In this document: in pieces, positions 9,098-16,812 of the stretch
Layout: each line of letters starts with the position of its first letter
Position numbering within the stretch: position 1 is the stretch's first letter
From: Candidatus Saccharimonadota bacterium
GTDB lineage: Bacteria > Patescibacteriota > Saccharimonadia > Saccharimonadales > Saccharimonadaceae
DNA length: 32,000 nt
Assembly (NCBI GenBank): GCA_025349965.1
Contig: CP075337.1
Span: 450,001-482,000, forward strand
Direction of reading: 5' to 3'
The notes under the pieces: generated by a model
Seen by the model: the letters and a program-made list of their open reading frames with translations, nothing else
What the model was told of the DNA's origin: nothing
Database searches by the model: none
Made by a program: the position numbers and the translations under genes

Positions 9098-9150
9098 AGC
9101 CTCCTCGGGCATACATTCACTTGTATGTCCGAGGAGGCTCTTTTCATTTT
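9098..9150 (+). terminator. Rho-independent terminator of the surface protein gene
   Basis: An 18-bp stem pairs AGCCTCCTCGGGCATACA (9098-9115) with TGTATGTCCGAGGAGGCT (9122-9139), including one G-U pair. It is followed by CTTTTCATTTT. Confidence 0.8.
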
Positions 9151-9168
9151 GACCATAAATAATAAAGA

Positions 9169-9177
9169 TGTTATAAT
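9169..9177 (+). promoter_or_regulatory. Extended -10 promoter TGTTATAAT
   Basis: TGTTATAAT lies about 40 nt upstream of the ATG at 9220, which has a GGGGAGG RBS. Confidence 0.5.
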
Positions 9178-9219
9178 AATAAAATCCTATTCCACACAAC
9201 AACCGAGGGGAGGTGTAGG

Positions 9220-9843
9220 ATGTTCCTTAGTACTCGTATGTTTTTGTCACAACACAAGGGGATGTTCATCTTCGTCCTTGTACTGTTTAGCCTTGTCCTT
9301 GGCATGAACACGTGGCTTTTTGGTTCGATGCTTGGCTTTCTCATAAGCGGAAGCTTCGACACAAAAGAAATTCCCGTCGTCGTTTGGTTCATGGGAGTCT
9401 TTGCACTCGCTAGTATCTATAGTGTCGGCGCGTATGTCGTGTGGATTGTGAAGTACCGCTACTTCTTCAAGCTCCATAAGCTACTAAAGGCACGGATGGC
9501 GGGCGCAACACTGATCACCGTGAAGCTCAAGGGGAGTGAGTACGAGATTGCCTTTGAAAAAGGCGAGTATCGGATTGCTCAACTGAACATAGAGACGCAC
9601 AGCACCGAAGCGCTTGTTGTACTTGGTAGCGACTACTTCGACGAGACAGACAAGCAGGCAAGCTACATTTCCGGCTCGCCAGCAGCAGTCCGCTATCTTG
9701 GTCCTATGCGAAATCTCAGTGATGCCAAGACCTTCAAGTATTGGTTTGTAACGCTGTACGCAGCTCGGACAGTTGATCGTTGTAATCTGCCGAATCCCAT
9801 TACACGTCGCAACGAGACGAAAGAAAAAGGAGCGCCCTCATAG
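9220..9843 (+). CDS. Hypothetical membrane protein
   Basis: A strong RBS (GGGGAGG) sits 7 nt upstream. There are two N-terminal TM helices and then a soluble domain. I recognise no family. Confidence 0.65.
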   Translation: MFLSTRMFLSQHKGMFIFVLVLFSLVLGMNTWLFGSMLGFLISGSFDTKEIPVVVWFMGVFALASIYSVGAYVVWIVKYRYFFKLHKLLKARMAGATLITVKLKGSEYEIAFEKGEYRIAQLNIETHSTEALVVLGSDYFDETDKQASYISGSPAAVRYLGPMRNLSDAKTFKYWFVTLYAARTVDRCNLPNPITRRNETKEKGAPS

Positions 9844-9844
9844 C

Positions 9845-9900
9845 GCCCCGGCCCAGAGATGAGCACCGCCTCTCTTTGGGGCGGGGCTTATTTCTTTTCT
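9845..9900 (+). terminator. Probable terminator hairpin between convergent genes
   Basis: An imperfect GC-rich hairpin pairs GCCCCGGCCCAGAGA with TCTCTTTGGGGCGGGGC (9845-9887). It is followed by TTATTTCTTTTCT. Confidence 0.45.
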
Positions 9901-10355
9901 CGCCACTTTTTACGAAAGAGTAGGAGCGAAAGTACAAGTAACGTGACGTACAACATGCCTGTATAGGGTAGGTGATACACCTCGCCCTTGGTCACTCCTG
10001 TAGTATGAAGTCCAAAAAGTATTAATAGCGTAACGGCGTACCCAACCCAAAAGACGAGGCGTGACGCGCCGTACTTATAGAGCATTCGGTGCGTATACAC
10101 CGCCCACCAAATAACCAATCCAGCCACACCCAGCCATAATGCAAAAGAAAAGAATACAAAGGCAATATGCGCCGTAGACCACATATCTGGAAAAATATCT
10201 ATAAAGCGTACCGCAATCCAAAAGACGAGTGCGCCAAAAAGAGGCACCGTGAGCCATGGAGCTTTTGGAAGGCGTTGACGCAGGCGCTCTTGGCGAAGAC
10301 GGTCATCTTCGTCGCGTTGTTGTTGGGTTTTAGGGGTGGGGTAGAGGGAGCTCAT
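9888..10355 (-). CDS. Hypothetical membrane protein (about 4 TM helices)
   Basis: The 155-aa ORF has a charged N-terminus (QQQRDEDDRLRQERLRQR) followed by hydrophobic helices. A TATACT box lies 8 nt upstream of its ATG. Confidence 0.6.
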   Translation of the reverse strand: MSSLYPTPKTQQQRDEDDRLRQERLRQRLPKAPWLTVPLFGALVFWIAVRFIDIFPDMWSTAHIAFVFFSFALWLGVAGLVIWWAVYTHRMLYKYGASRLVFWVGYAVTLLILFGLHTTGVTKGEVYHLPYTGMLYVTLLVLSLLLFRKKWREKK

Positions 10356-10363
10356 TATCTGTT

Positions 10364-10369
10364 AGTATA
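10364..10369 (-). promoter_or_regulatory. -10 box TATACT, 8 nt from the ATG (leaderless-type)
   Basis: The reverse complement of AGTATA at 10364-10369 is TATACT. The ATG is at 10355. Confidence 0.45.
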
Positions 10370-10406
10370 TACTATTTCACAAATACTAGCATAAGTTAAT
10401 ATGTAC

Positions 10407-10415
10407 TGATATACT
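10407..10415 (+). promoter_or_regulatory. Extended -10 promoter TGATATACT for the LLM gene
   Basis: The same 9-mer TGATATACT recurs at 20635 and 21396. It is followed by the inverted repeat TACTATA-N5-TATAGTA. Confidence 0.5.
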
Positions 10416-10456
10416 ATATAAAGTATAGTAAACTTGACGTAAAAGAAACGGACAAA

Positions 10457-11524
10457 ATGGCAGCAGAAGGCGCAAAAACCACAAAAGAAGAAAAGAAAAT
10501 CCTTTTCGGGCTTGATACATTTGGTGATATTCCAGTAGACAAGGATGGCAAAAAATTCACGCATGCCGCTGCAATTCGACAAGTAGTGGAAGAGGCTATT
10601 CTTGCGGACAAGCTTGGCGTTGATAGTATTGGCGTTGGCGAGCACCACCGCGAAGATTTTTCTATCTCTAGCCCCGAGACTGTTCTTGCAGGTATTGCAA
10701 CTCGCACAAAGAATATCAAGCTTGCTACTGCCGTTACCGTGCTAAGTTCTGATGACCCTGTGCGCGTTTTTGAACGTTTCGCCACCTTGGATGCACTTTC
10801 AAATGGCCGCGCACAAGTGATTCTTGGTCGCGGTTCGTTTACCGAATCATTCCCACTCTTTGGGTATGACCTCCGCGATTACAATGAACTTTTTGAAGAA
10901 AAAGTAGAACTCTTCCATAAGTTACTTGATGAAAAGCCCGTCACCTGGGAAGGTGAAACCCGCGCTGCATTAAAAGACGCCGACGTCTTCCCGAAGACAG
11001 AATCTGGCCGGCTTGATGTTGCCATTGGCGTTGGTGGTTCACCTGAATCTGTCATTCGCGCGGCTCGATACGGCTTCCAAATCGTCTTTGCTATTATCGG
11101 TGGCGCTCCGGAACGCTTCGCACCATACGTAGAGCTTTATCGCCATGCCGCCGAAGATCTCGGTACACCCGTCCTTCCAATTGGTGTGCACTCCCCGGGC
11201 TTTATTGCCGAAACAGACGAAGAAGCAATGGAGATGGCGTGGTCAAACTTTAAAACACTCTGGGACGCAGTAGGGAAGAGTCGCGGCTGGCCACCATATA
11301 GCTACGATCAGTTTAAGTACGAAGTAGCGGAAGGTTCGTTATATGTTGGATCACCAGAGACAGTTGCGCAAAAAATCGTCAAAACTATTAAAACGCTTGG
11401 TGCTGAACGATTTGATATGGTCTATGGTGGTGGAAATGTACCCGCAGACGTACGCCTCAAAATGGTTGAACTCTACGGAAAAGAAGTCATTCCACGCGTT
11501 CGTGAATTGTTAAAAGAATCTTAA
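10457..11524 (+). CDS. Luciferase-like monooxygenase (LLM) class flavin-dependent oxidoreductase
   Basis: The LLM hallmarks are present by eye: FGLDTFGD..., GVGEHHREDF, VLSSDDPVRVFERFATLDALSNGRAQVILGRGSF. Confidence 0.8.
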   Translation: MAAEGAKTTKEEKKILFGLDTFGDIPVDKDGKKFTHAAAIRQVVEEAILADKLGVDSIGVGEHHREDFSISSPETVLAGIATRTKNIKLATAVTVLSSDDPVRVFERFATLDALSNGRAQVILGRGSFTESFPLFGYDLRDYNELFEEKVELFHKLLDEKPVTWEGETRAALKDADVFPKTESGRLDVAIGVGGSPESVIRAARYGFQIVFAIIGGAPERFAPYVELYRHAAEDLGTPVLPIGVHSPGFIAETDEEAMEMAWSNFKTLWDAVGKSRGWPPYSYDQFKYEVAEGSLYVGSPETVAQKIVKTIKTLGAERFDMVYGGGNVPADVRLKMVELYGKEVIPRVRELLKES

Positions 11525-11527
11525 ATT

Positions 11528-12154
11528 ATGATAAAAACTATTGGAATTCTTGGGGCGGGGAAGGTTGGGGTTACGTTGGCCCAGCTTGCTCGTAAAGCAG
11601 GGTATGAGGTAGTCATTGCCGGGTCTGGCGATCCAGCGAAAATCGCTCTTAGTATTAAGGTACTTGCGCCTGGTGCACATGCGGTCGCGAAAGAAGAGGC
11701 GGCGCTCCGTGGCGATATAGTCATACTAGCATTGCCGCTCAGCAAATACGCAACCATTCCAAAAGATGCACTAAAGGGAAAGCTTGTTATTGACTCCATG
11801 AATCATTGGCACGAAGTTGATGGGCCGCGCGAAGATACAATCCCCGAAGACATCACCTCAAGCGAACACTTGCAGTCGTTTCTTCCCGAATCGCGCGTCG
11901 TTAAGGCGCTCAGCCATATGGGGTACCACGAACTTCACGATCACGCCAAACCAAAAGGTTCAGATGGCAGAAAAGCCATCGCTATCGCAGGCGATATAAA
12001 AGAAGACACTGAGACAGTCGCACATCTTGTTAACACACTTGGGTTTGACCCGCTTATTATCGGTGTATTAAAAAAGGGTCGCCAGCTTGAACCCGGCAAC
12101 CCTGGTTTTGGTGCAAGCATCAGCCGTGAGGACCTCCACCTGCGTACACGTTGA
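11528..12154 (+). CDS. NAD(P)-binding oxidoreductase, NADPH-dependent F420 reductase (NpdG)-like family
   Basis: It has an N-terminal Rossmann motif IGILGAGKVG and is about 208 aa. It starts 4 nt after the LLM stop, so it is probably co-transcribed. Confidence 0.65.
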   Translation: MIKTIGILGAGKVGVTLAQLARKAGYEVVIAGSGDPAKIALSIKVLAPGAHAVAKEEAALRGDIVILALPLSKYATIPKDALKGKLVIDSMNHWHEVDGPREDTIPEDITSSEHLQSFLPESRVVKALSHMGYHELHDHAKPKGSDGRKAIAIAGDIKEDTETVAHLVNTLGFDPLIIGVLKKGRQLEPGNPGFGASISREDLHLRTR

Positions 12155-12157
12155 GCC

Positions 12158-14479
12158 TTACTTTAGCGCAGACTCGTCACCTTCAATTGAAATCTTTGGC
12201 AGTATCTTATCGAGCCACTTTGGAATCCACCAAGCGGCCTTTCCCAGGTAAGACATTACAATCGGCACAATAACCATGCGTACAATAAACGCATCCACAA
12301 ATACGCCTACCGCAAGGGCAAAGCCAATTGATTGAATTGTTGCGTCATGATTGGTAATGAAGCCAGCGAACACAGCAACCATGATAAGACCCGCCGCAAC
12401 AACAACACGACTACCAATAGCAAAGCCGTGAATAACCGCCGCCTTTGGTTTTTTCCCGTGATGATACGATTCTTGCATACTTGAAACAAGGAAGAACTCA
12501 TAATCCATTGCAAGCCCGAAGAGAATACCCGTTGCAATAATTGGGATGAAACTCACAATTGGACTTGGCGCCTCCGCAATGCCAAGCCAGCCCCACTGGA
12601 AAACAGCGACAAGGGCACCGAACATTGCAAACACCGATAGAAGAAATCCGAGTGTCGCCTTAATAGGAATCAAGATGGAGCGGAATGCAACAAGAAGAAT
12701 GATAAACGAAAGTCCCACGACCACGCCCAGATATACAGGAAGCGCATCGGCAAGTTTTGCATCAATATCAATCTGTAGCGCCGTCGTACCTGTTACAGCA
12801 AATGTCGCCTTTGTTCCGTTCGCAAGCGTTTGCTGTGTTGTATCGCTCCGCAACGTTTCAACGAGCTGTTTCGTCGCCTCGTCAGAAGGACCAGTTGATG
12901 GAATAACCTGAATCACACCCTTCGCGCCATCATCAGTAACAAGTACCGCTTGAGCAGCACTTACGTTATCAAGCTTTGTAACGCGTTCAGCAATCTGCTG
13001 GAGTGAATAGTAGGGTAGATACGTAGCAACTTGCTGTTCAGGCTTCGTCATCATTTGCCGCTGCACCTCAGGTGGCATGAGCCGTATTGCTTCAGGAGTA
13101 GCACCAGATTGCTGCTGATACCGCTCGGTGATTTGCGTACGGAGAGCACTCTTATCGGCTTCTGTTGGAATTGGGGCGTTCTCTACGACAACCATAAGAG
13201 GGCTATTGTAGCCAGCGCCAAATCCCTTTGCTAGGAGGTCATATGACTGGCGTGCAGATGAACCATCGGCAGCTGTTTCTGCAGTTGGAAGCCCGAGGCG
13301 AAGCTGATTCATTGGCAGTGCAAGAACTACAATAGCAAGAATCGAAACAATAAAGACCGGAAGACGGTATTTGATAATACGCTCACCAAGACGGAACCAG
13401 ATGGTTTTTTCAACCGGCGTACCTACAGGCCCAGTCTTTTCTTTTTGAGCACGACGAATCGCATCACGCTCTTTCCGACTAAAGACATGCGAACCAGCAA
13501 TACCAAGAAGAGAGGGGATAAGAGTTACTGCAACAATTGCCGCAAGTGCTACCGTTGCAGCCGCCGCAAGTCCCATTGTTGTCATGAACGGAATCTGTAC
13601 TACAGAAAGTGCAGCAAGTGCAATCACAACAGTTGCCGCGGCGAATATAACCGCATTACCAGCAGTCGCAATAGCGCGTCCTGCTGCATCGCGGTAACTA
13701 AATCCATCTTTTACAAATGTTCTGTATCGATTCACGATAAAGAGGGAGTAGTCGATACCTACCGCTAGACCAAGCATCACCGCAAGAACCGGAGCAGTAT
13801 TTGTTATCTCGATAGTATTACTTAACGCAAACAGACCCGCCATACTTGCGCCAACCGTAACAATCGCAATGATAATAGGCATTCCCGCCGCTATGAGCGA
13901 ACCAAGCGTAATAACGAGCACAATAAGTGCAACCACCACGCCAATAACCTCACCAACACCAAGAATTTCGCCGAGCTGAGCAGAGAGAAGATCACCACCC
14001 GCTACAACAGTGAGGCCATCCTTGTTCATGGCTGCCATGAGCGCGTCAATTGCTTCGATAGTTTTCGTACTAACATGGTCGCCCTCAGGCTTGAGCTGTA
14101 CGGTAATAAATGCAATCGTGCCGTCCTTTGAGATAGACCCTTCGAGGTCAAACGGACTTACTGCATTAGTCACTTCATCGACCTTTGCAATGTCCGTAGT
14201 AAGCGACGCTATCGAGTCCTTATACTCTGCAACCGTCTTACCTTCCGGGGAGGCAATAACAACCTTCGCAGAGGAAGCACCTGCATCCGGGAAGAGTTCT
14301 CCAAAACGGTCGAGCGTCTGCTGCGCCTGCGTGCCCGGTATAGAAAGAGAGTCTGTCGTCTTAGGGCCTACTTGAAGCATAACAACACTCAGCGCCGCAA
14401 TAACGACAGTCCAAAAGAGTACCGTCCACCACTTCAGTTTAAACATCGTTGTTCCTAGTTTTTGTAGTCCGTTTGTCAT
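12158..14479 (-). CDS. MMPL/RND-superfamily membrane transporter
   Basis: The layout is two 6-TM bundles, each preceded by a large extracytoplasmic domain. The ATG at 14479 is preceded by AAGGGGGGG. The track start at 14584 would overlap the upstream ArsR gene. Confidence 0.85.
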   Translation of the reverse strand: MTNGLQKLGTTMFKLKWWTVLFWTVVIAALSVVMLQVGPKTTDSLSIPGTQAQQTLDRFGELFPDAGASSAKVVIASPEGKTVAEYKDSIASLTTDIAKVDEVTNAVSPFDLEGSISKDGTIAFITVQLKPEGDHVSTKTIEAIDALMAAMNKDGLTVVAGGDLLSAQLGEILGVGEVIGVVVALIVLVITLGSLIAAGMPIIIAIVTVGASMAGLFALSNTIEITNTAPVLAVMLGLAVGIDYSLFIVNRYRTFVKDGFSYRDAAGRAIATAGNAVIFAAATVVIALAALSVVQIPFMTTMGLAAAATVALAAIVAVTLIPSLLGIAGSHVFSRKERDAIRRAQKEKTGPVGTPVEKTIWFRLGERIIKYRLPVFIVSILAIVVLALPMNQLRLGLPTAETAADGSSARQSYDLLAKGFGAGYNSPLMVVVENAPIPTEADKSALRTQITERYQQQSGATPEAIRLMPPEVQRQMMTKPEQQVATYLPYYSLQQIAERVTKLDNVSAAQAVLVTDDGAKGVIQVIPSTGPSDEATKQLVETLRSDTTQQTLANGTKATFAVTGTTALQIDIDAKLADALPVYLGVVVGLSFIILLVAFRSILIPIKATLGFLLSVFAMFGALVAVFQWGWLGIAEAPSPIVSFIPIIATGILFGLAMDYEFFLVSSMQESYHHGKKPKAAVIHGFAIGSRVVVAAGLIMVAVFAGFITNHDATIQSIGFALAVGVFVDAFIVRMVIVPIVMSYLGKAAWWIPKWLDKILPKISIEGDESALK

Positions 14480-14489
14480 ATACCCCCCC

Positions 14490-14804
14490 TTAACAGTCAA
14501 TGATTTTGTCAGCTTTATCAAGAAACACCCGAATACTATCCACTGCAGTACGAAGTGACGGCTGATAGTACGTACGTACTCCACTCTTTTGCTCCTTCAA
14601 CAACCCAGCATCCTTCAATATTTTTATATGGTGAGAAACTGTTGGACGAGGCATATTTAGTAGATGGGCGAGATCCTTTACGGTCATGTCTTTGTTATCC
14701 CAAAGCGCAACCATCACATCTTGACGCCGATAATCGCCAAAAGCAACAAAAAACTTTCGGTTCAACCGAAACAGCTCTTCGAGTTCTTGATATTCTTTAT
14801 CCAT
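14490..14804 (-). CDS. ArsR/SmtB-family winged-helix transcriptional regulator
   Basis: The HTH is LAHLLNMPRPTVSHHIKILKDAGLL. The ATG at 14804 is preferred. The track start at 14843 is a TTG inside a palindrome. Confidence 0.8.
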   Translation of the reverse strand: MDKEYQELEELFRLNRKFFVAFGDYRRQDVMVALWDNKDMTVKDLAHLLNMPRPTVSHHIKILKDAGLLKEQKSGVRTYYQPSLRTAVDSIRVFLDKADKIIDC

Positions 14805-14840
14805 ACAATATCTTAGTGTAAGGTATTGGTTTATTTTTTT

Positions 14841-14853
14841 CAACCAATGGTTG
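14841..14853. promoter_or_regulatory. Candidate ArsR operator palindrome
   Basis: CAACCA-A-TGGTTG is a perfect 6-1-6 inverted repeat. A further ATTGGTT half-site lies at 14825-14831, directly upstream of the ArsR gene. Confidence 0.35.
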
Positions 14854-14859
14854 GGTTTA

Positions 14860-14920
14860 AATTAAAAAGCCGTGTATAAGAGGTTGCCAGATTTCTTTGA
14901 CAACCCCGCATACACGGGCG
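14860..14920 (-). terminator. Terminator after the RelA/SpoT-domain gene
   Basis: The outer stem pairs CCGTGTAT (14870-14877) with ATACACGG (14910-14917). The inner stem pairs GGTTGCCA with TGACAACC. On the minus strand it is followed by GGCTTTTTAATTT. Confidence 0.6.
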
Positions 14921-14948
14921 GTTACTCAGTAAGCAGGAGCACGTAAGG

Positions 14949-16049
14949 CTATTTGGTCCTCATTGGAAAACGCTTTGGCTCACCAAGCTCAGCAACAACC
15001 TGCTTCCAGACACGATACATATCCTTAATAATTTTGCCACGCCCACCAATACTTCCAAGCCATTGAGTAGCCTCGACATCGTCGCGCTGCGCAGCGAGTA
15101 TATATCCTAGATAGAAGAGTGACACGCCCTGAGGGAATTCGGTGCGCGCTGCGGTGCCATTGATACGAGCGAGCCATTTCTCTGCAAACACACGTATGTA
15201 TGCATCATAGTGGTCCATTGCCCTAAGGAGTTCATCGAGATTCTTCAGCCCGAGTATTTTTAAATCAGTCGCCCTGTTACCCAGGTATGTCTGATCGATA
15301 TTCGAAGCAACGACAACCTTGTCTATAGCCGCAATGGCTCCATCTAACTGTTTAATAATCGCCTCAGACTCAACAGCAGCCATTAGTGTTGACTGGTCAA
15401 TTGGAAGAATTTGAGGGGACGTAGTGATAGTCTGTTGCACGCGCTCTTCGTACTCGTCCAACCCTGCGCGAAGGCGCTCAAACTCTTCATCGGCGAGCTC
15501 CAAGATACCCGCAAGACGTGAAAAGCTTCGACGCATTTCATCAGGAATGGCACCGGCTGATTTGTACCCAAGATCATGCTCAATCTCTGCCCATGCATGC
15601 TGCAGGATTGAACGAACCTGTATTTCAAATTTGATATCAGCAAACTGCTTATACTCCACAAGCCTGCTACGCTCTTTATTTATGGACGCAATAACATGAA
15701 TTGATAAGTACCCAAACCTATCCGGATCAAGCTGTTTCCGTTTATCAACCGAGTTTTCTTCATCAATAGTAAACTCTTTGCGGATAATGTCGGCGACCTT
15801 ATCAACATCCCGGGGGAAATAGGTGATAATTCGCACACCGAGCAAATCGGTCAAATCTCCAAGGCCTTTATACCTGTCCGACTTCAGTGATAATTTACGC
15901 TGAGCACTGTCCGCAGCTTTCACCCTGTGCGTAACATATTGAAACTGGATGCCCTCCTGACGAAGCAACGCTTCAATAAGCGAACAAATAATTCGTCCGC
16001 CTTGATCCATTCCTCCGACCAGTTTTGGATACTCCCGTGCGTCTGCCAT
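14949..16049 (-). CDS. RelA/SpoT-domain nucleotidyl/pyrophosphotransferase (small alarmone synthetase / toxSAS-like) with a C-terminal extension of about 170 aa
   Basis: The synthetase motifs are HRVKAADSAQRKL, DLLGVRIITYF, FGYLSIHV and FEIQVRSILQHAWAEIEHDLGYK. There is no HD hydrolase domain. The ATG at 16049 is preferred because the track start at 16088 lies inside the tRNA terminator stem. Confidence 0.8.
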   Translation of the reverse strand: MADAREYPKLVGGMDQGGRIICSLIEALLRQEGIQFQYVTHRVKAADSAQRKLSLKSDRYKGLGDLTDLLGVRIITYFPRDVDKVADIIRKEFTIDEENSVDKRKQLDPDRFGYLSIHVIASINKERSRLVEYKQFADIKFEIQVRSILQHAWAEIEHDLGYKSAGAIPDEMRRSFSRLAGILELADEEFERLRAGLDEYEERVQQTITTSPQILPIDQSTLMAAVESEAIIKQLDGAIAAIDKVVVASNIDQTYLGNRATDLKILGLKNLDELLRAMDHYDAYIRVFAEKWLARINGTAARTEFPQGVSLFYLGYILAAQRDDVEATQWLGSIGGRGKIIKDMYRVWKQVVAELGEPKRFPMRTK

Positions 16050-16060
16050 AGTCTTACTAG

Positions 16061-16069
16061 TGTATATCA
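16061..16069 (-). promoter_or_regulatory. Extended -10-like promoter TGATATACA for the RelA/SpoT-domain gene
   Basis: The reverse complement of TGTATATCA is TGATATACA, 11 nt from the ATG at 16049 and just downstream of the tRNA terminator. Confidence 0.4.
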
Positions 16070-16074
16070 ATATA

Positions 16075-16116
16075 CCAAAAGAAAACACCCGAGATACCGT
16101 TAACTCAGGTGTTTTC
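16075..16116 (-). terminator. Rho-independent terminator after tRNA-Gln
   Basis: A 9-bp stem pairs GAAAACACC (16081-16089) with GGTGTTTTC (16108-16116). On the minus strand it is followed by TTTTGG. Confidence 0.7.
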
Positions 16117-16118
16117 TA

Positions 16119-16193
16119 TGGCTGGGGATGAGGGATTCGAACCCCCGAATGCCGGGACCAGAACCCGGTGCCTTACCACTTGGCGAATCCCCA
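16119..16193 (-). tRNA. tRNA-Gln (anticodon CUG), CCA encoded
   Basis: The reverse complement reads TGGGGATTCGCCAAGTGGTAAGGCACCGGGTTCTGGTCCCGGCATTCGGGGGTTCGAATCCCTCATCCCCAGCCA. It has a 7-bp acceptor stem, an anticodon loop TTCTGGT, and a GGTTCGAATCC T-arm. It closely resembles E. coli tRNA-Gln. Confidence 0.95.
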
Positions 16194-16286
16194 GTAGTGT
16201 AAGCGATTACAGTAGGTAATTATACAGCTTTACAGCATAATACGCAAGATAGGCTGGCGGCCGGTTGGCAGGTGCGCGCACTTCGG

Positions 16287-16294
16287 TGTACAAT
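16287..16294 (+). promoter_or_regulatory. -10 promoter TG+TACAAT, 6 nt from the ATG (leaderless-type)
   Basis: TGTACAAT is at 16287-16294 and the ATG is at 16301. Confidence 0.5.
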
Positions 16295-16300
16295 ACATTT

Positions 16301-16798
16301 ATGAAACAAAGCGTAAGCGAAATGCTCAATCGAAAACAAAAAGGATTCACCCTTATTGAACTTGTTATCGTTGTCGCTGTCATTATTATTCTTACCTCTA
16401 TCGCGGCGGCAGGTATGACAATTTATTTGAAAGATGCGCGGGATAATGAACGTGCAGGGAAAATGACGATCCTCGTTGAGGCGCTTGAAAGATATTATGA
16501 TCAAAACGGCGAGTATCCAAGTTGTGCAGTCCTATCGGACAGTAATGTCTCAAGTGCAGCTCAGGCACTTGGAGGGATTGATCTACAAACCTTTGTTGCA
16601 CCATCAGCCGAGGAAGGCACAACTAATTCAATTAACTGTAGTTCAGACCAGCCAACAGGCCAACCGGATACGTTTAATTACTCATCAACACCTGCCGTAG
16701 CATCCAACACAGCAATGCGTAATTACACTTTACGATACTGGAGTGAAGGTAATAATAGCGTCGAGACCGTTATGGGACGACGCGGCCGAGAGCCATAA
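16301..16798 (+). CDS. Type IV pilin-like protein (prepilin N-terminal cleavage/methylation domain)
   Basis: The class III signal is MKQSVSEMLNRKQKG/FTLIELVIVVAVIIIL, with G-1, F+1 and E+5. The track start at 16265 is a non-ATG codon. Confidence 0.85.
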   Translation: MKQSVSEMLNRKQKGFTLIELVIVVAVIIILTSIAAAGMTIYLKDARDNERAGKMTILVEALERYYDQNGEYPSCAVLSDSNVSSAAQALGGIDLQTFVAPSAEEGTTNSINCSSDQPTGQPDTFNYSSTPAVASNTAMRNYTLRYWSEGNNSVETVMGRRGREP

Positions 16799-16812
16799 GC
16801 TCGCTGTAATGC

